Part shown: piece after piece, positions 41,601 through 51,065 of the stretch
How the letters are laid out: every line of letters starts with the position of its first letter
How positions within the stretch are numbered: the stretch's first letter is position 1
Source: an uncultured Verrucomicrobiae bacterium
GTDB lineage: Bacteria; Verrucomicrobiota; Verrucomicrobiia; Limisphaerales; Palsa-1400
Reading direction: 5' to 3'
DNA length: 64,000 nt
NCBI GenBank assembly: GCA_963707025.1
Contig: CAVPOM010000006.1
Span: forward strand, 128,001 to 192,000
The notes under the pieces: generated by a model
Databases searched by the model: none
The model's input: the letters and a program-made list of their open reading frames with translations, nothing else
Told to the model about the DNA's origin: nothing
Program-made: the position numbers and the translations under genes

Positions 41601-42346
41601 TAAAACTGCTCCCGCTCAAAGCGCATCCGCTTGCTGTCGCTCAAGAGCGATTGCGTGCCGATGCAGATCAGGCAGTCGTGCGCGTGCCAGTCCTCCTTGG
41701 CGATGTAATGCACGTCGTTGGTCGCCACCAGCTTCAAGCCGAATTCCCCGGCCCACGCCATCAATTGCCGGTTGACCTTGACCTGGTCGTTGATGCCGTG
41801 ATTTTGCAATTCCAAGTAAAAATTCTCCGCCCCCACGGTCTGCTTGAACCAATCAATCGTGTCCCGGGCCTTGGCAAGCTGGTCTTGGACGATCAATTCG
41901 GGGATTTCGCTGGCCAGGCAGCCGGAAAGGAAAATCAGCCCCTCCTTGTGCGCCGCCAGGATTTCCTTGTCCACGCGCGGCTTGTAATAGTACCCCTCCA
42001 AATGCGCCTTGGTCACCAGTTTGACCAGATTGCGGTAGCCGGTTTCATCCCTGGCCAGCGCGCCCAGATGATGATAAACATCGCGGCCGCCGCCGCCGCC
42101 CGATTTTTTTTCCAGGCGGCTGCCCGGCGCCACATACAGTTCGCAGCCGATGATCGGCTTGATACCGTTTTCCCGCGCCGCCTGGTAAAAATCAATGGCC
42201 CCGTAGAGCACGCCGTGATCGGTGATGGCCAGCGACTGGAATTTGAGTTCGCGCGCCTTGTCCATCAACCGGTCCAGGCGGCAGGCTCCGTCGAGCAGGG
42301 AATACTCGGTGTGCAAATGCAGATGAACAAAATCGGCGTGCGCCAT
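38627..42346 (-). CDS. dnaE: DNA polymerase III subunit alpha, with a lineage-specific insertion
   Basis: FVHLHLHTEYSLLDG, RGSAAG, PDIDIDF, LLKMDFLGLKTLT, YGFNKSHAAAY, OB fold. Confidence 0.97.
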   Translation of the reverse strand: MAHADFVHLHLHTEYSLLDGACRLDRLMDKARELKFQSLAITDHGVLYGAIDFYQAARENGIKPIIGCELYVAPGSRLEKKSGGGGGRDVYHHLGALARDETGYRNLVKLVTKAHLEGYYYKPRVDKEILAAHKEGLIFLSGCLASEIPELIVQDQLAKARDTIDWFKQTVGAENFYLELQNHGINDQVKVNRQLMAWAGEFGLKLVATNDVHYIAKEDWHAHDCLICIGTQSLLSDSKRMRFEREQFYLRSAEEMKARFAEVPEAARNTLEVAEKCNVEIEFNKLHYPLFHPPGNTSREAYLRQWLAEGLRARYTIHARAEGDQFLVDGIEDPTKLPTYHPPAAPPEIRDGSQTVSKVETTNPSIGHPQSTIRNPEVAAAVKAVMDRLQAELKVIEKTDFISYFLITGDFVRYGRSKGVTCVARGSAAGAIVTYLLEISNVDPIRYGLLFERFLNPERVNPPDIDIDFADDRRGDVIEYVRQKYGRDSVAQIITFGTMGAKSVIRDVGRVMGLSYGECDRLAKMIPNELKMTLKKALETSPEFKQAYEKEGQTRELVDTAFVLEDLTRNASVHAAGVVIGDQPLANLLPLKKDEDGAIVTQYAMGPVGDLGLLKMDFLGLKTLTVIRNTCDLVRQFKGVEIPIDHLPLDDPKTYDLLNKANTIGIFQLESGGMRDLCRRFQISSLEHITALVALYRPGPMDLIPDFIKRRHGEIKIEYEHPLLEPITRETYGVLIYQEQVMQAAQVLAGYTLGGADLLRRAMGKKKPEEMAKQREVFVKGCAKVNHIPAAKANQIFDLLEKFAGYGFNKSHAAAYAMVAYQTAWLKANYPVEFLSAMMTNDLGDTAKLGILIGEARHFHIEVLQPDINESGVYFTPSAAGPAGGAATAIRFGLAAVKGIGEAAVEGILEARAKAGKFTSLADLCERVDGRTVNRKGLEALIKSGACDGFGETRATLFSRMDRALTRAAGVIQDRNRGQDTLFGMLREEAGGKPEPEKQLAEWPQHELLAHEKELLGFYVTGHPLTPFESILRKYALHQSGQLGELKNREMTRIGGLVGAVQKGISKKSNKPYALATLEDMSGSVQVLCLNENYEKFKELLAPNKPLLVTGEVNLSEDKPKIFPQEIIALEDAPRAYTKQVHLRLHSAKVTPGDLEAARDLLAAHPGKCPVFLCLMRTGGEVVFIETNDRYAVSPSLSLQEAVDEKFGEETYYAKVDGALPERAARRWEKRGEPNGGPQ

Positions 42347-42473
42347 GCCCATAACTTAACGCCCGGCCGCGAGCTTCGGCAAGCCCAACGGCGGCCGGCC
42401 GGCGCGGGCGCCATTGAGGGCTTGCCAGCGCGGGGCGGCGGGAGTATGACCTGTGCAAGACAACAAGGAAGCC

Positions 42474-42764
42474 ATGAGCACGATTAAACGCATTTCAGCC
42501 CCCAGGCCCGCCCGGCGCCCCCTCGGGCCGCGCACCCTTTTCGCCCTGCTCCTGACCGCCGCCGCGCTCTGCGCTTGCGCCCGTTACGACATGACCCTGA
42601 CCAATGGAGGAAGCGTGACCAATGTCCCCAAGCCAACGCGGAGCAAGGATGGCAGTTATTGGTCTTTTGTCACCGCCGGCGGAAAAACCAACGTCATCCC
42701 CGCCAGCCGTGTCCTCAATGTTTATCGGCACGGGGACACCAACTGGATGTTCGGCAAGCAGTAG
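42474..42764 (+). CDS. Small lipoprotein (YgdI/YgdR-like)
   Basis: Basic N-terminus, hydrophobic stretch, lipobox LCAC, then YDMTLTNG...KP. Confidence 0.6.
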   Translation: MSTIKRISAPRPARRPLGPRTLFALLLTAAALCACARYDMTLTNGGSVTNVPKPTRSKDGSYWSFVTAGGKTNVIPASRVLNVYRHGDTNWMFGKQ

Positions 42765-43356
42765 CGACAAAGCGCTCCACATATTTGCCCAGCAGATCGG
42801 CCTCCAAATTGACCTCGTCGCCGGTCCGCCGCTCGCGCAACGCCGTCACCGCCAGGGTGTGCGGGATAATCCAGATTCGAAAACTTTTCGCCCGCACCCC
42901 CGCGACCGTCAGGCTGATGCCGTCCACCGCCACGGAGCCTTTGAGGATGATGTAACGCATGATCTCCGGCGGCGCGCTGATGTCCAGCACATGGTCCCGG
43001 CCAGACCGTTCCCAGCGGATGATTTTTCCCACCCCGTCAATGTGGCCGGTGACAAAATGGCCGTCCATCCGTCCGCCGGCGCGAACCGCGCGCTCCAGAT
43101 TGACGGCCGCTCCGGGGTGAAGGGCGTGAAAGTTGGTGCATTGCCAGGTCTGGGCCAGCAGGTCAAATTGCAGCAGCCGGTCGCGTCCGCGCCCGCTCGT
43201 TTTCGCCACCGTCAGGCAGCAGCCATTGACGGCCAGGCTCCCGCCCGCCTTCATCCCGCGCCCGCATGCCCGCGAGCGCACGACCAGGTGGATCGCACTC
43301 TCGTCCGGCGCGATGGATTGCACGCGGCCGCTTTCTTCGACAATTCCAGTGAACAT
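42715..43356 (-). CDS. ribE: Riboflavin synthase (alpha chain)
   Basis: MFTGIVEE, SLAVNGCCLTV, GHFVTGHIDG, KGSVAVDGISLTV, VNLEAD. Confidence 0.96.
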   Translation of the reverse strand: MFTGIVEESGRVQSIAPDESAIHLVVRSRACGRGMKAGGSLAVNGCCLTVAKTSGRGRDRLLQFDLLAQTWQCTNFHALHPGAAVNLERAVRAGGRMDGHFVTGHIDGVGKIIRWERSGRDHVLDISAPPEIMRYIILKGSVAVDGISLTVAGVRAKSFRIWIIPHTLAVTALRERRTGDEVNLEADLLGKYVERFVATACRTSSWCPRADKH

Positions 43357-43371
43357 GGGTTGCTCCGGTGA

Positions 43372-44478
43372 TTATTCTGGCTCCTGCACGCGGGCGATCA
43401 ACATCAAATCGCCGCCGGCCCGCCGCCATTGCGCCTGGCGCAGGGTGATTTTGCCGCCGGGAGTCAGAGCGGCGTCCCCCGCCACCGCCGTGGGCGCGCG
43501 GCGGCCGCCCAGGATGAGGGGCGCGTAGAAGAACACCACCCGCTGGCACAGCGGCGCCCACAGGGCGTTGGTCTCGCCGCCCCCTTCCACCAGGAGGCTG
43601 GTGACGTTTTCCCGGCCCAGGGTTTTGAGCAGCCAGGGCAGATCAATCCGGCCGCGCCGGGCGGGCGCCACCAGCACGCGCACCCGCCGGCGCAAGGCGG
43701 CCACCCGTTTGGGCGGGGCCGATTTGATGACGACTATCGTAGTCAAAGGCGCGGAGGCGCCGCTTAAAATCCCGGCCGTCAGGGGAGTCCGCCCGCGCGG
43801 ATCCAGCACCAGCCGGCGCAGCGCCCGGCCGGCCAAACCGGGGGGGCGGGCGGTCAGGGCGGGATCGTCCACTAATATAGTATTGACTCCGACCAGGACC
43901 GCGTCCGCGCCGGCGCGCAGCTTCATGGCCAGGGCGCGGGCCGGCGCGCTGGTGATCCATTTGGATTCCCCGGTGACGGTGGCGATTTTTCCGTCCAGGG
44001 ACATGGCGGCCTTGACCGTGACAAACGGGGTGCGGCGCACGATCCAATGGTTGAAGGCTTCATTGAGCCGGGCGCATTCGCCGGCCAGGAGGCCGCGCGC
44101 CAGGGAAAGGCCGGCGCGCCGGAGAATGCGGAAGCCCCGTCCGGCGTGGCGGGGATTGGGATCGGTCGCGCCGGCCACCACCCGCCGGATGCCGGCGGCG
44201 ATGATCGCGGCCGTGCAGGGCGGGGTGCGGCCCTGCGTGCAACAAGGTTCCAGCGTGACGTAAAGGGTGGCGCCTTTGGCGTTGTGTCCGGCGCTTTGCG
44301 CGTCGCGGATGGCTTCGATTTCCGCGTGCGGCTGGCCCGCGCCCCGATGCCAGCCCCGGCCGATGATCTTGCCGCCCTTGACCAGCACCGCGCCGACCAT
44401 GGGATTGGGCGAAGTCCGTCCATAAGCCCGGCGCGCCAGCCGCAGGGCCAGACGCATCAATTTAGGATTCGTGAACAC
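43372..44478 (-). CDS. ribD: Bifunctional riboflavin biosynthesis deaminase/reductase
   Basis: PNPMVGAV, HAE, VTLEPC...TPPC, SLDGKIA, SKWIT, VEGGG. Confidence 0.96.
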   Translation of the reverse strand: MFTNPKLMRLALRLARRAYGRTSPNPMVGAVLVKGGKIIGRGWHRGAGQPHAEIEAIRDAQSAGHNAKGATLYVTLEPCCTQGRTPPCTAAIIAAGIRRVVAGATDPNPRHAGRGFRILRRAGLSLARGLLAGECARLNEAFNHWIVRRTPFVTVKAAMSLDGKIATVTGESKWITSAPARALAMKLRAGADAVLVGVNTILVDDPALTARPPGLAGRALRRLVLDPRGRTPLTAGILSGASAPLTTIVVIKSAPPKRVAALRRRVRVLVAPARRGRIDLPWLLKTLGRENVTSLLVEGGGETNALWAPLCQRVVFFYAPLILGGRRAPTAVAGDAALTPGGKITLRQAQWRRAGGDLMLIARVQEPE

Positions 44479-44516
44479 CCGCTGGCGAACTTCATTGCCA
44501 TGAAGCCCGGATCAAA

Positions 44517-44810
44517 TCAAGCCGAGGCCGGTTCCCTTTTGCGTTTCCAGGCCTTTTCGGTGTATCTCCGGGCTTCGTGCGCCCCGCGCAACAGACAGGC
44601 AGAACTGATATCGCAGTCCAGTTTTGGCCAATGAACCGAGGAGTGGCAAATCTCATAGGCCGCGCGTTCCTTGGGCGTCGCCAGCAGGAGCGTTGGATAA
44701 AATGCCAGTGGCACGCTTACAGAACGTCCGTCCTCCAGCTCGAAGGTCAGCCGTTGGTTGGTGATGCGAACCGCCGTGACATCCGGCGGCGGAGTGTTAT
44801 TCAGTTTCAT
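44517..44810 (-). CDS. DUF2442-domain protein (putative TA partner)
   Basis: LEDGRSVSVPLAFYPTLLLAT...HWPKLDCDIS. Confidence 0.85.
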   Translation of the reverse strand: MKLNNTPPPDVTAVRITNQRLTFELEDGRSVSVPLAFYPTLLLATPKERAAYEICHSSVHWPKLDCDISSACLLRGAHEARRYTEKAWKRKREPASA

Positions 44811-45027
44811 CCCAAGCTCTCAATAATCTGGTTTCATGCCGTCGTAATATCCGCGCGATTTCCCGAAGTTCCGCTTCGCGAAACCCCTTGTTCCAACTTA
44901 ACTGCACCGGCGCGAGCCAGAATTTTGCCTCGCCGCCGCTTTTGTGAACGTGAACGTGGGCCGGTTCATCAGGTTCCGAACTGTAAAACCCAATGCGATA
45001 CCCTTTCTCTCGCAAAATCGTCGGCAC
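44797..45027 (-). CDS. DUF4160-domain protein (putative TA partner)
   Basis: MPTILREKGYRIGFYSSE..EPAHVHV...AKFWL. Confidence 0.88.
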   Translation of the reverse strand: MPTILREKGYRIGFYSSEPDEPAHVHVHKSGGEAKFWLAPVQLSWNKGFREAELREIARILRRHETRLLRAWDETE

Positions 45028-45060
45028 TTTGGAAGGTTAAACCATAATTCTTCCCCTGAC

Positions 45061-45119
45061 AAGACCCGTCGCGCCCCCCACCGCGCCAACCAGGGGCAGA
45101 GGCAGGCCAATTTGGAGGA
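45061..45119 (-). pseudogene. Degenerate orphan copy of the ribD 5' end (44412..44467)
   Basis: AAGACCCGTC..CGCGCCAACC--AGGGGCAGAGGCA..CAATTTGGAGGA versus AAGT-CCGTC..CGCGCCAGCCGCAGGGCCAGACGCA.CAATTT--AGGA. Confidence 0.5.
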
Positions 45120-45165
45120 ATATTAGAAGTTGAAATTTAACGAATCAAAAATTCAACGAATTAAC

Positions 45166-45194
45166 TTGACGGGGAAAAAGGCCTCTGCTATATA
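45166..45194 (+). promoter_or_regulatory. Putative sigma70 promoter of the 1009-aa secreted protein gene
   Basis: TTGACG-N17-TATATA with an extended -10 TG and an AT-rich UP-like region upstream. Confidence 0.6.
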
Positions 45195-45405
45195 TGAAAT
45201 CAATCATTTGGCTACAGTTGTCGGCCAAATAGTCCGTCACGCTCGGAAAGGTTGCCGGGAACTTTATGGGCAGGAACGGTTTCTTTCGGCATGGGAATTT
45301 GTCCGCGCGGGACGGCGAAAATCATGAATGAACCCAAGACCCCGCTGTAGTTAACCCGGGGAGAAGCCAGAAGAACCAAACCAACATGCAGCCGAAAGGA
45401 GAATT

Positions 45406-48400
45406 ATGAAAAAGACTCTCTTTTGCCCCAGGACTTCACTCCGTGCCACCGCGATCGCCACCTGCGCAATCAGTTTGTTGCTGGCCTTGGCGGCCAGGCC
45501 CGTCCGGGCGGATTGGCCCAACACCAACGCCACCAAGTATGTGCAGTTGCCCGATACGTCCGCTCTGGGCTACAATGTGCTGGCCGCCCGGCCTGTGGCG
45601 GGCAGCGCTCCGGGCAAGGCCATCATCCTGGCCGATGATTTTCCCTGCATCCGAACCGGACCCATTACCGACATCCACATCTGGGCCTCCTGGCTGGGAG
45701 ATGCCGGCACCGCCAATGTCCCCGACATCCCGATCACCCTGGCCATTTGGTCCGATGTGGCGGCCACCACCAATGCCGACGGCCAAGCGGTGCCCAGCCA
45801 TCCCGGCCAACGCCTTTGGAGCCAAAACTTCCTTCCCGGCGGGCCGCTCCCCGGTCACTACGAAATTCAGCCCTGGCCCCCGATGCCCCTGACCACCCAG
45901 CCATTCTGGAGTCCCGACCCGCCACCCGCCGGCGCCATCCTGGGCACCGATCACATCGTCTGGCAGTATAATTTCTATCCCGACGCCGCCAATATTTTTG
46001 TCCAGCAAGGCACGCCCAGCAATCCGGTCATGTACTGGCTGTCGGTGACCGCGGGCAATATCATCGAGTCCTTTGGCTGGATGACCGCCGCCACCAATGC
46101 CTACGACAACGCCGTTTTTGGACATCTGGATAGCACGGGAACTCCACTCAACGATTGGAACGAATTGATTTCTCCGCCGACTCCCGGGCAAGTGAGCCGA
46201 AGTCTCGATCTGGCGTTTGCCCTGACCACGACCAACCAGCCCACGCCGCCACCACCGCCGCCCACCGCCAGCAAATGGGTCCAGGACCCCGATTTGGCCA
46301 ATGGTTACGACATCAATGCCAGTTCCGTGGATCAGACCCTGACTTTGGCCGACGATTTCCCGTGCCTGGTCGCCGCGCCCATCACCAATATCCAGCTTTG
46401 GGGTTCCTGGCAGAACGACGTCACCCCCGCCGGCAGCACCTTTGAAGTCAGCATCTGGAGCGATTTTCCCCGGACCTCCGCCGCTGCCTTCAGCCAGCCC
46501 TTCCAGCGCTTGTGGCATCAGACTTACAGTCCCGGCGATTATACCTTCACGCACTATGCCGACGGCACCGAGCACTTTTTTGATGAAGACACCGGATTGC
46601 TCTCGCCCGAAACCAATGTCTGGCTTTACAGCTTCGATGTTCCCTCCTCCAATCCGTTCTGCCAGCAAGGCCCCGGCCACATCTATTGGGTGTCCGTCGC
46701 CGTCCTGCCGCCCCCGGCCGCGTTTCTGAAGTGGGGTTGGAAAACCTCCACCAACCATTGGGGTGACACCGCCGTCTATGGAAAAGTGGATCCGGTCTCC
46801 GGCCTTCCGCTGTCTGTCTGGCAGCCGTTATACGCTCCCATCGCACCAGCCCCCGAGCCGCTCGATTTCGCCTTCCGCATCAACGGCGGCGCGCCCAGTC
46901 CGGATTGCGATCCCAACATGAGCGGCGGCGATATCCAACGGCCCGACACTTCCGCCAATGGCTTGGACGTTTATGCGGTGGCCCCGACGCAGGTGGGGGA
47001 TGATTTCCTTTGCCAAAGCACCGGCCCGATCAGCGGCTTCACCGTTTGGGGGTCGTGGCTCAATGACTTGGTGGACACCAACGCCTGGTTCCTGGTCAAT
47101 CTCTGGAGCGATGTGCCGGCCGCGGCCGTAGCGGGCGCCCCTGGCTTCAGCCACCCGGGTTCCCTCCTGTGCAGCACCGTGTTCTATCCGCCCCGGACCG
47201 TCGGCACCTCGGTGCAGCGTTACCAGTCCAGCCTCTACGCCTCCAACCTGCAGGAGACTTTCTTCAATCCCAATCCTCCCATCATGCTGGGCGCCGACAC
47301 CCAAATCTGGCGCTATGACTTCTTCCCGTTTGTGCCTTCGTGTTTCTTCCAGCGAGGGTCCCCCTTCAACGGCGGGCTTACGTATTGGGTCACCGTCAGT
47401 TATATGCCCAGCCCCAACACCCCCAGCCCCAACCCCTATCAATTTGGCTGGAAGACCTCCACCAACCATTGGGGCGACGCCGCCGTCTTCGGTCACGGCG
47501 CGGGTGATTGGCAGCCGCTGATGGATCCACGCAGCGGCGGCAACCTGGATTTGTCCCGCGTGATTTGGAAGTTCCCGGTCGTCGGCATCAACAAGGACAT
47601 GGTCAACCTGACGGGAGCCGCCGCCGATGGGATTCAACTGGTTCTAAGCGGCCCGCATCTCATCACCTGGCACTACGACGGTGTGCCGCCATGGAGCTCA
47701 TTCCTGGCTTCCAACGACACCTCCGGCAACACCGTTCTCACCTGGTCGGGCGGCCCGCCCGTGGCGCCCGGCGCGACCAACCACATCGGATTTGAAACCC
47801 CCGGCACAGTCCTGCCGGCGATTCTCTCCATCAACTGGCTCTCTGGAACCAATATCATCGGCCCTGCTCTCCAGGCCAATTTCCACTTCCTGGGCGGTCC
47901 GACTTACGTCCACAACAACATTTATCCCACACCCATCGTGCTTGCCAACGCCAGCCTTGAATTCTACTCCACTCCGCCGCCGCTCGATCAGTTGAATCCC
48001 AATGGCCAGCGCAGTCCCATCTCTGTTGTTCCTCTCACCGCGCCTCCGAATCCCCTCTTGCCCGGAGATTGGGCTTCCATGGCCGGCCCGGCGGCCATGC
48101 CCTCCGCCGCGCAATATGTCCTCATCATCGTCGTCTGTAGAAATGCCGACGGCCAGCTTGGGGCGACTGACTTCGTCCTGCTGCCGCTGGATGCGGCCTT
48201 GGCGCCGAGCCTCACCTCCGTCGCCGGTCCGAGCGCCATCGCCGGCGGCAACGTCACGATTCACGTTGCCTCGCTGGTCGGGCGCACCTACCAACTGCAA
48301 TTCAGCGGCACGCTCAACGGCGCCACCTCCTGGGTCAATGTGGGCAGTCCCGTCATGGCCAATGGCGCGGATACGATGTTCTCCGTGCCCGCAACTGGCG

Positions 48401-48435
48401 CGCAGAACTTTTACCGCGTGGTGCTCCTGCCGTAG
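45406..48435 (+). CDS. Large secreted protein with three internal repeats of about 240 aa and a C-terminal FYR domain
   Basis: Signal peptide ending VRA|DW; repeats Q.PD...[AG]DDF.C...PI......W.SW...YW..V...GW.T...D.AV.G; ends NFYRVVLLP; RBS AAGGAG. Confidence 0.85.
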   Translation: MKKTLFCPRTSLRATAIATCAISLLLALAARPVRADWPNTNATKYVQLPDTSALGYNVLAARPVAGSAPGKAIILADDFPCIRTGPITDIHIWASWLGDAGTANVPDIPITLAIWSDVAATTNADGQAVPSHPGQRLWSQNFLPGGPLPGHYEIQPWPPMPLTTQPFWSPDPPPAGAILGTDHIVWQYNFYPDAANIFVQQGTPSNPVMYWLSVTAGNIIESFGWMTAATNAYDNAVFGHLDSTGTPLNDWNELISPPTPGQVSRSLDLAFALTTTNQPTPPPPPPTASKWVQDPDLANGYDINASSVDQTLTLADDFPCLVAAPITNIQLWGSWQNDVTPAGSTFEVSIWSDFPRTSAAAFSQPFQRLWHQTYSPGDYTFTHYADGTEHFFDEDTGLLSPETNVWLYSFDVPSSNPFCQQGPGHIYWVSVAVLPPPAAFLKWGWKTSTNHWGDTAVYGKVDPVSGLPLSVWQPLYAPIAPAPEPLDFAFRINGGAPSPDCDPNMSGGDIQRPDTSANGLDVYAVAPTQVGDDFLCQSTGPISGFTVWGSWLNDLVDTNAWFLVNLWSDVPAAAVAGAPGFSHPGSLLCSTVFYPPRTVGTSVQRYQSSLYASNLQETFFNPNPPIMLGADTQIWRYDFFPFVPSCFFQRGSPFNGGLTYWVTVSYMPSPNTPSPNPYQFGWKTSTNHWGDAAVFGHGAGDWQPLMDPRSGGNLDLSRVIWKFPVVGINKDMVNLTGAAADGIQLVLSGPHLITWHYDGVPPWSSFLASNDTSGNTVLTWSGGPPVAPGATNHIGFETPGTVLPAILSINWLSGTNIIGPALQANFHFLGGPTYVHNNIYPTPIVLANASLEFYSTPPPLDQLNPNGQRSPISVVPLTAPPNPLLPGDWASMAGPAAMPSAAQYVLIIVVCRNADGQLGATDFVLLPLDAALAPSLTSVAGPSAIAGGNVTIHVASLVGRTYQLQFSGTLNGATSWVNVGSPVMANGADTMFSVPATGAQNFYRVVLLP

Positions 48436-48535
48436 GCCGGATATTTCATATCCGCTCTCGCATCCGCTGGGTGGCCCAAGGCGGCCCGTCTGTGGCGGCC
48501 GGCGACCCGCCGGCCGCAACGGCGTATGCTGCCGG

Positions 48536-48647
48536 CGGAGTGCGGCCGTCCCCGGCCGCAGCAAGCCAGGGATTGTTTGGGCGCCCAGGAAAATCACCGC
48601 TGCGCCGTGTTTCCCACGCGGCGGCGCCCGAGGACGGGCGCACTCCG
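48536..48647. repeat. REP-like inverted doublet
   Basis: CGGAGTGCGGCCGTCCCCGGCCGC versus the reverse complement of GCGCCCGAGGACGGGCGCACTCCG. Confidence 0.65.
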
Positions 48648-48822
48648 AGACATTCTTGAGCCTGACGCCGGTAACAGCGTCAAGAAACGCCATTCCTGCC
48701 CCCGCCACAAAGGGCTTGCTCAGTTTTTGGGAACCGTGTTACTTTCCCGGCCTTGATTTTGCACGGGCAGGGTGGTCCGTAATGCGGCCGCCGCACACGC
48801 GTCCGGCAAAGGCAAATTACAA

Positions 48823-49563
48823 ATGAAAACAAACATACTGGCAAAATTGGCTCTCTGTTATCTGGCCTTCCAGGCCGGAGGGGCTGGACAAAAGGCGTTG
48901 GCGCAGGCCGCCGCGCTTAAGACCGATCAGGAGAAGTTGAGTTATTCCCTGGGCGTCTATTACGGCAACAATATCAAGGGCATCGGGGAGGCGTTGGATA
49001 CCGACGCCCTGACCAGGGGAATGAAAGATGCCGTGGCCGGCAACCCCACCTTGCTCACCGAAAGCGAGATGGGCAAGATTTTGCAGGCGCTCTCGGCCAA
49101 AGTCCAGGAGAAGCAGGCGGCCAAGCGCAAGGAACATGAGGACCTGTTCAAGGAGGAGAGCGCCAAAGACAACTTGAAGGAAGGGACGGAATTCCTGGCC
49201 AAAAACAAAAGCGCGCCGGGCGTCACCACGCTGACCAATGGGCTGCAATACAAGATCCTCACCGCCGGCACGGGTCCCATCCCCAAGCCGAGCGACACCG
49301 TCCAGGTGAATTATCGCGGCACGTTCCTGGACGGCAAGGAGTTTGACGCCACGCCGCCCGACAAGCATTTTCCGTGCAGTCTGGCCGGAGGCGTCATTGA
49401 CGGCTGGCTCGACATCTTAAGAATCATGCCGACCGGTTCCAAATGGAAAGTCTTCATCCCCCCCGACCTGGCCTACCACGCGCAGGGGCATCCGGGGGCG
49501 ATCCCTCCCAATGCCACCTTGATCTTTGAGATGGAGTTGGTCTCGATTAATCCGGCCAAATAA
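48823..49563 (+). CDS. FKBP-type peptidyl-prolyl isomerase (Mip/FkpA-like)
   Basis: Signal peptide, FKBP_N (KLSYSLG), GLQYKIL, VNYRGTFLDGKEFD, IPPDLAY, IPPNATLIFEMEL. Confidence 0.93.
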   Translation: MKTNILAKLALCYLAFQAGGAGQKALAQAAALKTDQEKLSYSLGVYYGNNIKGIGEALDTDALTRGMKDAVAGNPTLLTESEMGKILQALSAKVQEKQAAKRKEHEDLFKEESAKDNLKEGTEFLAKNKSAPGVTTLTNGLQYKILTAGTGPIPKPSDTVQVNYRGTFLDGKEFDATPPDKHFPCSLAGGVIDGWLDILRIMPTGSKWKVFIPPDLAYHAQGHPGAIPPNATLIFEMELVSINPAK

Positions 49564-49775
49564 ACCCGGCCCCGCCCGCCGCCCTGGCGGCTGCTGCTTC
49601 TTTTGAGGGATGCCAGAGTCCTTGCTGGCAGGGCGGGTCCCGAATTATCGGGACCCGAGCACGACGGTAGTGCGAAGTTTGTTCCTGGCAATGCCCGACG
49701 GGGGCAGTCCCGGCAGGCCGGGACCCTCCCCTTCCCGGCCCACCCATAATTGACGCATTACTGTTTTGCCTTGCC

Positions 49776-51041
49776 TCACCGCCGCAACAGGACATCGCGT
49801 TCGTATTGCTTGACCTCACCCAGCCAGGCGCCTTCCGCCGGGACGCCCGATTGCTCGCAATAATAATCCCACACCGCCCCATGCGGCAAAGTTTTGGCCG
49901 CCTCCAACAGCGCCAGGCGCGAGGTGTAATCGTGCGCGCCCTCCGCCCGGCGCAGGGTGGCGATGGGTTCGAGCAGGGCGATGAGCAGCGCCTTGAGCAC
50001 GCTCCGCGCGCCGATGACGTAGGCCGCCACCCGGTTGATGCTGGCGTCGAAAAAGTCCAGCCCGAGGTGGATGCGGTCCAGATAATCCCCGCGCACCATT
50101 TCCTGGGCCATCATCTGCAGGTCATCGGACAGAATCACCACATGGTCGCTGTCCCACCGCACCCCGCGGCTGACGTGGAAAAGAATTTCATCCAGCGATT
50201 CCAGCACGGAGGAGATCTTGTCCGCGATGCTCTCGGTGGGATGAAAATGGCCCGTATCCAGGCAGAGCAGCTTTTTGTGGCGGATGGCGTACCCATAATA
50301 AAACTCCGCCGAGCCTACCACGTAGCTTTCCGACCCCAGGCCAAACAATTTTGGTTCCACCGAATCCAGATTGTGTTTCGGGCTGATGGGCGGCGCAAAA
50401 ACCGCGTCCAGCGCTTCGGCCAGGCGCTGGCGCGGGCCTTTGCGGTCCACCGGCGTGTCCTTGTATCCGTCGGGGATCCACAAGTTGGTCACGCAAGGGT
50501 TTCCCTGCGCCTTGCCCAGGGCCGCGCCGATTTTGCGCGAGGCGATGCAGTGCTCGATCCAAAATTGCCGGATGCCCTTGTCCGGGTGGGAAAGGGTGAA
50601 GCCGTCCGCCGCCTTGGGATGGGAAAAGCAAGTCGGGTTGAAATCCAGCCCCAGCCGGCTGGCTTTGGCCCAATCCATCCAGTTCTGAAAATGGGCCGGG
50701 GTGATTTCGTTGCGCGAGACGCGCCGGCCGCCCGTTTCCGCGTAGATGGCGTGCAGCGCCAGCCGATGGCGGCCGGGAATGAGCGAGTAAGTCTTGTCCA
50801 GGTCCGCCCGCAATTCCTCCGGCGTGCGCGCCTTGCCCGGATAATTGCCCGTCACCGCCAGTCCGCCGCCCAGCTCGCCGCCGGGGTTTTCATAACCGCC
50901 CACGTCATCCCCCTGCCAGCAGTGCAGGGAGATGGAGACTTGGCGCAAGCGCCGCAGGGCCGCTTCGGCGTCAACGCCCAATTCAGCATAAATCTCGCGG
51001 GCGGGTTTGTAAGCATTGTGGATGGATTTGGTCGTGGTCAT
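49776..51041 (-). CDS. rhaA: L-rhamnose isomerase
   Basis: [59 protein letters not shown]. Confidence 0.96.
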   Translation of the reverse strand: MTTTKSIHNAYKPAREIYAELGVDAEAALRRLRQVSISLHCWQGDDVGGYENPGGELGGGLAVTGNYPGKARTPEELRADLDKTYSLIPGRHRLALHAIYAETGGRRVSRNEITPAHFQNWMDWAKASRLGLDFNPTCFSHPKAADGFTLSHPDKGIRQFWIEHCIASRKIGAALGKAQGNPCVTNLWIPDGYKDTPVDRKGPRQRLAEALDAVFAPPISPKHNLDSVEPKLFGLGSESYVVGSAEFYYGYAIRHKKLLCLDTGHFHPTESIADKISSVLESLDEILFHVSRGVRWDSDHVVILSDDLQMMAQEMVRGDYLDRIHLGLDFFDASINRVAAYVIGARSVLKALLIALLEPIATLRRAEGAHDYTSRLALLEAAKTLPHGAVWDYYCEQSGVPAEGAWLGEVKQYERDVLLRR

Positions 51042-51065
51042 ATCTGGTTTGTGTGGTGATGAGGA

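Noticed and set aside
44479..45160. FMN riboswitch upstream of ribD
   Set aside because: No AGGGCGGGG...GAAATTCCCGACCG-type consensus is visible; the space is occupied by the DUF4160/DUF2442 pair.
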